Shown here one piece after another: positions 1-11,403 of a DNA stretch of 64,000 bases (the first letter of the stretch is position 1; each line of letters opens with the position of its first letter). A program made the translations under genes and the position numbers. The stretch comes from Podospora anserina. Taxonomy: Eukaryota. The notes under the pieces are model-generated. The model had not been told where the DNA came from. It ran no database searches and was given only the letters and a program-made list of their open reading frames with translations. Location of the stretch: positions 4,588,001-4,652,000 of the forward strand of contig CM030332.1 in assembly GCA_017654855.1 (NCBI GenBank). Direction: 5' to 3'.

Positions 1-133
1 GTTCCTACTCTCGACCTCGAGGGGCAAGCTTGCTAGAGCAACAACCTCTGCTCGCTGCTGGGCCTTGATCTCAGGTGGAGAAAGCAGTGCATATGCTTGA
101 TCGAGAGTGTAAATTTAACCTATTAGTCTATAA

Positions 134-574
<441 letters not shown>

Positions 575-979
575 AAACAGATCGGAAAGTAGCGAACCGA
601 AAAGCTAGGGAAGGGTCTGAAAATACAATGCTTTTCCTATTACTGAATTAGAGCAATGAAGTGCTATGTCTATCGTGAATTGTCCGAAAGGACTGCCTCA
701 AAAATCACCAAAGAGAAAGGCTCCAAAAACACCTCCGTTCTTTCCTCAACGCTATCCCCACTCCTTCTGGCAAAACCACTCCTGCGCCCCCTTTATCCGC
801 CGCAAGACCGCTTCTGATACCGATAAAGATAATGAAACAAAGATGAATGTACAATGTGGCCACTTGATTTATCCAACACATGCAAAAGCAAAATGGCCAG
901 CAGCAAAAGATCCTCCAACTTCTCTAATCCCTCCGATATAGATACTAATATCGAGTCTTACTGTTGACAAGAGATGCAC

Positions 980-3809
980 TCAGTTGATAAATGAACCCAG
1001 ATCACCACCGATCGACGACAATTTCTTGCTCTTCCACATCGACTTCTTTTTCTCGCGCTTGGCCTTCATCGCCGCCCACCCCTCCTCATCGTCATCATCC
1101 GAGCCACTTCCAGACTTTGTGACCGATATTGTGGGCTGTGTGATTGCTCCCGACATGGTGGTCGATTTCCGGAGATGGCCTGGCGCCACGGGAACGTGTG
1201 GTGCCGGAACGTGGGAGACTGGACGGTAGCGGCCAGGAAGGCCAATGTTGCTTCGTTCTGAGGGGGCAATTGATGGAGCGTATCCGCCGCCCTGCATCAT
1301 GATCGAAGGGGCAAAGCCAGGATGTTGCAGGGGCTGTATCCATGAGGCCGAGCTTGGCTGTACCATGCTCATCGTGCGCACTTGCGCGTCGCCCCCCCGA
1401 CCAGTGGGCAGATCCAGCATGGAGTCGTTTCCTAGAAACGAATGACGCATCTCAGGAGCACCGCACATCCCCGGCATTGGTGGGAGAGGACCCATGGCGC
1501 CGAGACTGCCGGCTGACTGTGAGGTAGTCAAGTAGCCATTGGGCGTGGTGGGAGCGCTGCCATTTTGGCCCGCCATCATCTGCATAAACTGCATCTGCAT
1601 CTGCATGAATGTTTGCATCTGCTGCGTCATCTGGATCTGTGCCTGGTCACCTGGCGTCAGCATCGGAGGAGCAGCTTGGTTCTGGTACATGAGATGTGAC
1701 GGCATGCCGGTCATCGGATCGAAAGGACCTGCCCCGGGCATGGCCGGCATCGATGCCGAGCCGTCGATGTGCGGGCTTCCGCGCCTCATTGCGCGGTTGC
1801 GCTCTTCGTTTGCGATGATGTTGATCAGGCCACCAGGAGGAATCGCGCCTGCGGGGTTTCCGGGGGCAGGAGCTCCGCCTCCGAGAGCGAAGCTCTCGCG
1901 GACAGAGTTGCGAACCAGACCAGCGCCAAGAAATGGGTCTTGGGGAAGATTTCTTGCAAAGGCAGGAAGACGTCCAGGGGTGCCAGCTCCGGCTCCAGCA
2001 ACGGCATCTCCAGTAACCGACATTGGCCTTTGAAAGCTAGGTTGTTGTGAGGCGCGCAAGTTGGGGTTCGATGCCATGGTGCTCAGGCGTGTGGGCGGCC
2101 GGTTTCTGTTTGGGAAGCCGTGTGCAGCGAGAATAGCCAATGGAATCTCCTCATCTTCGTCTGAAGGGTCCGAAGCGTGGGCAACCGCTGGGTTGGCGCC
2201 AGAGGCGAGGGCTAGATTGGGGAGGTTCGGGGTGCTGAAAGATATTTGCAGGCTCGGTCTTGAGGAAGGTAGATTGGCAGATTCACCAGTGACCTTCATC
2301 ATCTGCTGCCGGTATACCGCCATGTGTGCCTCTTGCTTCCGACGCTGCTTGGTCTGCTGCTTCGCTCTTTCAATGTCGTCCTCGTCATCCTCATAGTTGT
2401 CCTCGTCATCGTCATCTTTGTCTTTGTTTGAGACAGCTTCCTGCTGTCGTTCCTTGTCTTGTCTTTCCTTGTCCTGGCGATACTTTTCAAACTCGGCTGG
2501 GGTCATTACCTTGTTGCTCGAAGGTGGGCTGGCCTTTTTGGCTGTGAAGCGGCTGGCAGATTTTGAAGAGAACGAATGCGTCGTGTCGAACAAACTGTCG
2601 TCATCTTCATCTCTGCGATATCTCGACGTGGAAGGGGCGTGAGACGAGATGACAGACCCAGTGATGAACTTATTGACAGTGGACAGAGAGTCCCTCAACA
2701 GTCTCGCCTCCTCATCCTCGCCATCAGCCTCCTCGGGGGTTGGTGTCTTTGGAGCGAGCAGCGGTTTCCTAGGACCTGCTTCTGGCGACGCACTGGGCTT
2801 CCTTTCGGCAAGCGGCGAGGTATGGCGAGGAACTGGGGGAGGGAGGTTCTCCTTGATGGGGGGCGATGGACTAGACGGCGCGATTAGCTGGTCGTTGGAG
2901 TGCTGGCTGCTCCAAGAGTATGGCGAAGCCTCGACCTTGGTAGTCATGTCGATGTGAAGGGGGGAGGGCTGGTTCAATCGCGACGCAGTGAGGGAGCGGG
3001 GGGCAAGCGCCTGCCTGCCCTTTTGTTCATCTTTGACCGTGGCCACGCTTGAGCGCTTGTCGCTTCCGAGTATCATCTTGCCAAAGTCGCCGCCCAAATC
3101 AAGACTAAAGTCGTTGTCGTCGATCCTTGGTGATGTAACAGTAGTGGAAGTTGAAGTGGTGGTCGCTCTCGATCGGCCATTTACCGGCGTCTGGGCTGTC
3201 GGGACATCGGAAGCGACCGGGCTGGATGGCCTGTCCTCCTGCATCTCGGGTGCTGGGGGTAGTTGCTTCTTTTGCCCGCCAAATGAAAATGTGCGACCGG
3301 CGGCCTTGAGAAAGTTGGCCGAGGATGATTTTGGAATGGGAGGCACTGGGATATCGGCGTGCAGCTTTTTGTTGTTTCTCCAGTCTTCCTGTCCGCCCAT
3401 GTCGGCAGACGAAGGGGCAGTGGAGGCATTGCTGTGACGGGACGAGTTATCGGTCGAGTTCGTTTTGGTCGTGTTGGAAGATCCGCTTCCGCTGCGAGCT
3501 ATTAGCAATGGGAAATGAAAAAAAAAGTGGAACCCCTGCTCTCGCCAGCCTTCTTATATCCCCAGCCAGCTGAAAGACGTACCGGTTGGGCTTGAGGTCA
3601 GCGAATATGTTGTCGTCAACCGTGACTTCAGACGCGGTAGACCGATGCGCGCCGTGCGGCTTGCCCGTCAATCTGACACCCCCGTCGAACGACTTTCCCC
3701 CCGAGACTTCGGTACGCTCGAGCACCCGGAACGAAGGGCCCGTCACGGCAACATTTTCAAGGCTGTCAGCGGTTGACTTCCGCTTGACAAAAGTGGGAAA
3801 CCTAGGCAT
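980..3809 (-). CDS. Conserved fungal hypothetical protein, low-complexity S/P/Q/M-rich with a central charged segment
   Basis: ATG 3809 (MPRFPTFVKRKS...), intron 3492-3582 (GTACGT...GCTAAT..CAG) joins in frame to the 842-aa ORF; motifs VMTPAEFEKYR, QEAHMAVYRQQMMKVTG, YAPSIAPSERSNIGLPGRYRPV. Confidence 0.85.
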
Positions 3810-4871
3810 ATAGGGAGGTCTCGATGGGGTTGTACGGGGAGATGTTGGGTGGTTGCGCCGGACTAAAAGCCGAGGAGGGCAGGGGACTGCGGTCCCTTTG
3901 TGTACTCGGGAAGGTGCGTCGGATAATACGAGGCTGGTAGGAGGTGAGGTGAGACAATGCTCAGAGAGGATACCGAGGTTGCTGTCGGGAACAGTCGCAG
4001 CTGGGTCTCGAAAAGCCGGCGGCCGCGTGTTTCTCCTCAGACAGTAACTCGGCTGATACACGCGGTGTTGGCGGACTGCATCGTTGGGCAAAACAAGGTC
4101 AGTTACACTGTCTGCGCGAGTGGGGAGGGACATGCTGTGACCCGAGAAGCCCGAGACAGAGTTTCCAGATGGGTGCTCAGGTGCTGGGTTGCTTCGTCGG
4201 ACAGCCGAGGGGGCAAGGAGGAAAGGATGCGAGACTCAGAGTCTGGTGTATCTGCCAGGCGAACAGACGGACAGGGAGCAGGAGCTGAGACGCACTGGGC
4301 TGGCGTGCTTGCACGACACAGGTTCCAGCTGTCCGGCGGTGCCATCCTAACCTTCCCGTGCCTCCCCTAGCATCGTAGACCAAACCGGCACGCCCAGAGA
4401 TTTAGACTGAACAACGGGAGCATAAGGGCCCTTCTGGCAGCCGTCATTCTCACGAATGATCGGTCGAGGGCTGTTTGGAGAGAGGAAGAGATCAAGGCTA
4501 GGCGGGTGACGGGCAGGCAGGGGACACGGGAAGAAAGAAGGTTTTGACTTACAGAATTGGGAGCGAGCCAAAGTCGCAAGCTTGTTGACAATTAGGGGGA
4601 TTATTGGACGACAGCCAGACGGCTTTGTGTATATAACCGCCGACACTGAGATAGGCGTCAGGTCAGACTCTGACGGGCTCGTTTGTGTCGATGACAAATG
4701 ACAAAGTAACGATGCACGATAACGCGAGGAAAACCACGCTATGAACCGGCGCTGTGGAGAGGGTTGCAAAAAAGAAAACTGGCGGTTCAAAACGGGCTGA
4801 GAAACTCCGAGGCGATGCAGCAAAAGAGAGGCGATTCTCGTAAACAGAGAGAGAGTAGGTAGAGTGTGCTC

Positions 4872-4901
4872 GAGAGAGAGGGAGGGAGAGAGAGAGAGAG
4901 A
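4872..4901. repeat. Imperfect (GA)n microsatellite
   Basis: gagagagagggagggagagagagagagaga read directly. Confidence 0.85.
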
Positions 4902-5128
4902 CAGCGAATGCGATGCGGGTATGGTATGGTATGGAATCAGCGAAAGCGAAACTGGTGGGCGAAAGCGATTGACGACACACGATGCTTCAGAGGGGATATC
5001 CGCGAGAGCAGCAGGGTGCAATGGGAGAAAGCAAAGACGACAGCGACAGTGACAGTGACAGCAACCAGACGACAGGATGGGATCAGGAGGAGAAAATGGG
5101 CGGTTGGCTCGAGAATTATTTTTATTTC

Positions 5129-5154
5129 CATGGCATGGCATGGCATGGCATGGC
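5129..5154. repeat. (CATGG)5 pentanucleotide repeat
   Basis: catggcatggcatggcatggcatggc read directly. Confidence 0.9.
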
Positions 5155-8100
5155 GGGCATGCCCGGACAGGGCAGCTGGCAGCGGCACTGTGTGTGTATA
5201 GCCCAGCGCCCCAGGTAGGTATGACCTTGGGCACCTGGGATGGGGAGTGGGGAGGCTTTAGAAGGCGCTACCAGCGAGCGCCGGGGCACTGGTGAGAATA
5301 GCGCGCTCCCGTTGGTGGGAAACCCCCTGTTCGTCTTTGGCCTCGCACCCCCTGCTGAGCTGCCCGGCTTTGCTGCCCGGGGCCACACAAGTCACAGCAT
5401 CACAGCACAGAGTACACAACAAAGCCACGACAGCCGGGACGAGAAACTGCGAGCCTCAATAGGTCGCTCGTCCCCCCCGCAACGAGACACGCATGCCTTT
5501 CAAGGAATGCGCGCAGCAAGCCCGTCCGTGTTTGATGCGGCCTGCGGGCGGCGGGCTGGGAACAAGGCAGGACGAGATCACTCCACGGAAAACTCCCAGG
5601 TTGGGGAGACCTGAGAGTACCTAGGTGAGGGGAATGGGATGGGGATGGAGCCTCTGAGCACGGCGGAGCCCGGTCGGCCGACCTACCTGGGCCAATACAT
5701 AGCATCTGGATCGCCAAGGATCGCCGGGGATCGTGTTGTCGCCGCTAAATAAAAGCAACAAGACAACGCGTTCCTGTTCATGGGAGAGCGCCGCGGTGTT
5801 TGAATATTGCTTGATGCCGATCAGGCCGTCTGTGGCGTGCTTTGAGGCTTTTGATACCCAGTCAGGGCGGAGAATAAAAGCGCAGCTCGGTGGGGGAGGA
5901 AGGTGTCACACCCCGAACACCCACCCCTCTTCAAGAAGAAAATATATATCTAGGAAATATTGTGGTTGGTCGGAGGAAGAAGGGAGACTGCGATCGCTCA
6001 CACAGCCCTCCAGAGATAGTACGTATATCTCCTGAATTGTTCAAAGGGCCTATCAACTGTCCCCAGAAACCTGTCGACAATACCTTCAGATCTCATAGTT
6101 GCCAGTATCACTCTGAGCCGCCAGCCTCTAGTATATGTCCAGTGCGTGTCAAAGCCTCACAGGGGTCCGAAGCAAGCGGTGGGCCCTGAATGGAAAAGCA
6201 TCGAGATGTTTTGCTGCTCATGGCCCAACCATCTGGTTGAAGAGATCTCTTTTTGGCGATGGGTGCAGTGCTTGGCAATTTCGGAAGGCATGAGAAGCAT
6301 GTCCCATAGCATGAAAGGGTATGTCCATATTATTACGCAGAACAGACATCAAATTTCCAGATGCTGACCATGGACTGGGACGCTGCCTTGCTTTGCCGCC
6401 GCGAGCTCCTTGGATCTCTGCTTCATAGGGTCGTGTTCTGCATCGCAAACTGGTGGATCGAGACATCTAACAAAACAGGACCGTGCCGCATGTGGTTAGG
6501 AAAGAAGTGATACCGTGTGCATTGGGCACAGAGGCGGCGCTTCTTCCCCACATTAAAAGGAAAAAGGGGCGAGACTCGGAACGACCCACCGTGCTGGACT
6601 TGGCGGTGGTGTGGTTGACCATCAAGCGGTTCTTCAAGAAAACGCTGGATTGGGTTTGGTGGGTGGGCTTTTGTCTGGTATACCTGCCTGGATGGTCTTC
6701 TTGAAGCTTGTTTTGATATACAATGCCCCCTTTCTAGTGCCCAAGGGTGGCCTGGTTTTCCCAACCGCCAGCCAGCATGGTCATTGCTCTGGCGCACCGG
6801 TAGCTATCTTCTCCAAAGACCTGTTGGGATGAACCGAGGTGACGCGTTTACGGCGGACATGGCGCAGGTCTTAAAAAGAGTCCCACGTCAGAGGCGGTCA
6901 TAGTCCGGACACCAGCATCTTCCTCCATACCACGGGGGTTGATGAGACCTCGCTGATTACCTTGCTGCTGTACGGATTATACCTGGTGTTATGTTCATAA
7001 CTAGGAGCCAAATGTGCTGTTGGTCCACCAAGCAGTGTGTAGAAATTTCGCTATGCGTAGACTCTGGAGTACCATAGTTCAACCACTCTACGAGTCGTGC
7101 CGCCGGTGAGAGCCACGAACGTGTGGTGGTGCCAAACTGGCTTCTCGGACAATGCCGAGTCCGAAGACAGTTGGGATTCATGAAACATCCTCGTGCCTTG
7201 TAGATAATCCCGAGAGAAGAATGAAGTATGTGTCCCTGAGGAATACCTTACCCAACAACAAAAGCTGTCCGATAGGTTCAAGCCGCGGACACAAAAGGCT
7301 GATAATTGTGTCCAGTTTGTGACTTGACCACAAGCCTGCGCCGCCGCCATGGCAGCGAACGGCGACGAGCTGTGACTTCCCCACGTACCGGTGGTTAGGA
7401 AGACTGTGGGGCAGTATTGAGAGTGTATCGTGAGTGTTGGTTCTGGAAAATCTGACAAGATTGGTAGGTTGGAACCCGAGTATGTGGCTTCTGAGTGCTA
7501 CACGCCGTGCTCTGGTGCTGCCAACGGAAGTGAACTGCCAGGACCCTTCGGGAGTGTACAGAAGACCGTGTATAGCATGTTCTGCGAATAAAGAAAAGAC
7601 CACAGATCAGCGGTGGTGCGAGTACGGAACTGCGAGGTTGTCCGGCGCTTTTCACGTTGCGCCTTTCTGCTGTTGTGGAAGCACACCTACCTTAGTATTC
7701 GCGATGTCTGTCCCGGGATGCGGCCAACTGTAGAGCGGCAGAATACATTTCGATTGCGCAATCCGATTGTGACATCGAGTCAAGACATGGGGGTATCTCG
7801 AGCGGCAAAAGACGAGAGTTTTCAGACAATGGATGGCTTCAAGAGGGGCAATGAGCATGTTGGCAGACTGGATTTGATACAGATATATCCAAAGAATCCA
7901 TATAGTGCAGGCCGAGACTGCACCACGAAAGCTTGATATGAATCTGGATGGCCCTGGTGTTGTAGCACTACTCAAAAGGCGTGTCGCTGCACGATGCCGT
8001 CCTGGACTTTGCTTTTCGGTACTGAATGACATCAACCGCAGCCCGCAGCTTGCCGAGGGCGGACGATCGCCGTCGACCTCCGTCCAGTCCTGAGTCCTCA

Positions 8101-8871
8101 GCTCTCGGCCTCACCCTCAGGCAAGTGGCAATTGGTCGGATTGCTCTCGTGAAGAGACAAGTTCCATCTTGGCCAAATCCTGACGGCATCAGGATCAGAT
8201 AAAACAGAGAGCCAAGCCAGTGGAGGTGAGTGGATAAACAGGTATCACCTCCCCACACTGCCAACCTTTGATACTATATCCATCCATATTTATAACATAG
8301 TTATCTTGTGTATTCAAGACAAACTGCTCCTCGCTGTTTCATTGCGCACCGTTTGTTGTTTCAACCATGTCGTTTTGGAGTTCAGGAGGCGTTTTAGCTT
8401 GCACCTTTGGTGGAGCCTTTTGAGGTGGCGTCGCCACCACCACTACTACCCTGGTTTGAGAGCAGCTGCTTCGCCTTCCAGCAGGCCGTTGAACCTTGAG
8501 CGTTTGGTGAAAAAGGAGCAAGGCCAGCGTTACTGACTCGAGAAGAGAGGCTGCTCGGGGAAAAAGGTTACCCGCACCGTTTTCTCTGTTCCGTTCATCA
8601 TCAGGAAGCCAAGAACCTGGGTCTAGACTCGTACAGGTTCTCTGAGAAAACGAGCCGACAAGAGCGTCAATCTGATAACTGCGACTGCTGATAAGCTCAC
8701 CACGCCGTTCACCAGTGGGTTTTCCTGTGGCTTGTTGCTTTGAACCGTTGCAGCCAGTGAGTGGATCAGAGCTGACCGACACTTTCTCTAGATTCTTTTT
8801 TTTTTCCTCCAAATTCTCTCTCACAGAAAAGGGCTCGTCAGGTTATCAACACACAAGTCAAGGTGAACAGG

Positions 8872-10776
8872 ATGAGTTCGCCACCGACAACGCGCCCCAT
8901 GTTCCCGCGCTCTGCATTTCTTCTCCTCCAAGATGAACCGCCAATTGCGCCCATGGGCCACGGGGCGCTGGCTTCGCTGATCAGGAATCGACCTGCAGCG
9001 GCATTAGCAAACCCTTTGTCTTTTGGTGGCCGCGATGAGGAAGAAGGCGCGGCTGAAACGGTTGAAGATGAGGCGCATAGGCGAGACGAGCGCCGCATGA
9101 GTGCCATCTTGAACAGCTCTCACATGCGCAGCATGCGCCTGATCGGAAATAGCAACCCACGATATCGATGGGAAAAATACTGGAAGACCCCAGAGGAGCT
9201 GGCCGCTATGAAGAAGGATATACGCGAGTACTATGAACGCGTCAACTACCTGGTCCAGCAGTATCTCTACATTGACCGCCTCCTGGACTCATCTTTGCCT
9301 CATGACCTGCTCAATGAGTACAACAACATGCCCGCATCTGCCTTTCGCGGTGTCGAGATACCCGCCACCATCACGGAAAACTCACCAACCACGTCACAAG
9401 AGCCCGCGCGCAAGGTAAAGCGGACCCCAAAGGATATTTACCGGTCTACCGAGACGACTCCTCTACTTCAAAGCAACGGCGGGGCAGCTGTGGACGACGA
9501 CGACGACCTTGAAAACGGAGGGCGTGCCAAGCCTGAAATCCCATGGCTTGAAGATGACCTCGTCGACAGCGATGCCCCCATTGTCACCTTGGCTATCTAC
9601 ATCAATTTTGCTGCCAATGTTATTCTCCTAGCTGGCAAAATTGCCGTCATCATCAGCGTCCCGTCGGTTTCAGTGCTGGCCAGCTTGGTGGACGCGGTTC
9701 TTGACTTCATCTCAACCGTCATCGTATGGGTGACCACGGTTCTCATTCGCCAGCAGGATCAATATCGATATCCGATCGGAAGGCGGAGACTTGAGCCTTT
9801 GGGTGTTCTTGTCTTTTCCGTGATCATGATTACTTCGTTCGTTCAAGTTGCTCTGGAGGCCATCCAGCGTCTTCTTTCTCCCGATCGTCACATCATTGAA
9901 CTGTGAGTCGATCCAGGCATTTCAAAAAGTCGTGATACACATGTCAATGCTCGGTTGCTAACAGTCTCTCAGGGGAAATGCTGCAATTGGAATCATGTTT
10001 GGTACCATTGTCATCAAAGGGTTGTGCTGGCTTTGGTGTCGCATGGTGAAGAACTCGAGCGTACAGGCCCTGTAAGTTTCCTGGTTTCTCGATGCCCGCT
10101 GTGTTGTGAGCAGCAGTTTCTGACAGGCGCAAAAACTAGTGCGGCAGATGCGAGTACAGATGTGATATTCAACGCCGGATCCATTGCCTTCCCTATTGTG
10201 GGCTATTGGGCACGTGTATGGTGGCTAGATGCTCTCGGCGGCCTTTTGCTCTCCGGCGTTGTCATTTATAACTGGTCTCAAACATCCTACGAACATATCC
10301 GCCACCTCTCGGGCTTTTCTGCTACCGCAGACCAGAGAAACATTCGTGAGACCCTGACTACCACCCCCTGTTTTGTCTGAATTCATACCTCGCTGACCCA
10401 CCTGACTTGTTATAGTCCTCTACCTCACCATGCGCTTCGCAAAAACCATCAAGCAAATACAGGGCCTACAAGCCTACCATGCCGGTGATAAGCTCAACGT
10501 CGAGGTCGACATCGTCCTTGACGCCAGCACTCCATTGAAAGACAGCCACGACCTGAGGTAAGATTCAAAGCACCCTCTCTCCCCTCCTGCGCGAGCTGCA
10601 ATCAAGTATACGCACATCAGGTTTGTTTTTCTCTCCCGCTAAAACAATTTTCATCCACCAGCGAGAGCTTGCAATACGTTCTGGAGTCGGTCCCCATTGT
10701 TGACAGAGCGTTTGTCCATGTCGACTACGCAACGTATAATCTTCCCACACACATGCAGCAACAAGGGTCTTCCTAA
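8872..10776 (+). CDS. Cation diffusion facilitator (CDF) transporter, Mn-CDF/MTP8-11-like
   Basis: ATG 8872; introns 9903-9972, 10072-10139, 10346-10415 and 10558-10661 give a continuous frame with SLVDAVLD (TM2), YPIGRRRLEPLG, DASTD (TM5), AYHAG..VEVDIVL, SHDLSESLQ..RAFVHVDY; stop TAA 10774-10776. Confidence 0.93.
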
Positions 10777-11403
10777 GCTATGACGAGACCTGGGGGTTAC
10801 GTATAACCAAGAGCGTTTAGCAGCTTGGTGGGTGAGTGCATGGACAATCTAAACACATGAATGTAAAAGCACATGAATGTGGGTGGGCCATGCAGATTGC
10901 TCTTGACCTAAACCCACTCGGATTTATTCAGAGATACCCAGTACATACACCACCGACCTGTTTGTTTGTCTAGCGTGTACTTCTGGTGGAGGATTTCCAG
11001 ATCGTACCGAGATGCTAAGACCACGGATTTCTAGGGTGAATCGAGCTATTCTTCACTAACCAGGGCCTTTTTCGAATTTATCTTTTTGACTGTGTGATCG
11101 TTGAGAGATAAATTATTCGACTGGCGATATTGGCCTTGGCTGTGCCGCGCTAGACAAACAAACAGGGTTCAGTGGTGTAAAGTGGAAGACGAATCATAGA
11201 CACTGCCAAGGTTGGTATTGGATAAAGTCCTCGTGTTTAAACGAATCAGAATGCCACACTTTATTATCTCTATCAATGGTATCCATACATAAAATGCAAT
11301 AAGGCTATTAGACCATCTCCGAAGCTATCCTATTCCAACAACACATCCAGAACCCCCCATAAACAATAAAAAAACGCAGCTATATGATGCCAAAAACACA
11401 AAA

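Noticed and set aside
4347..5234. 295-aa minus-strand ORF upstream of the hypothetical gene
   Set aside because: Runs through microsatellites (SLSLSL, CHCHC), has a non-ATG start and promoter/UTR-like composition.
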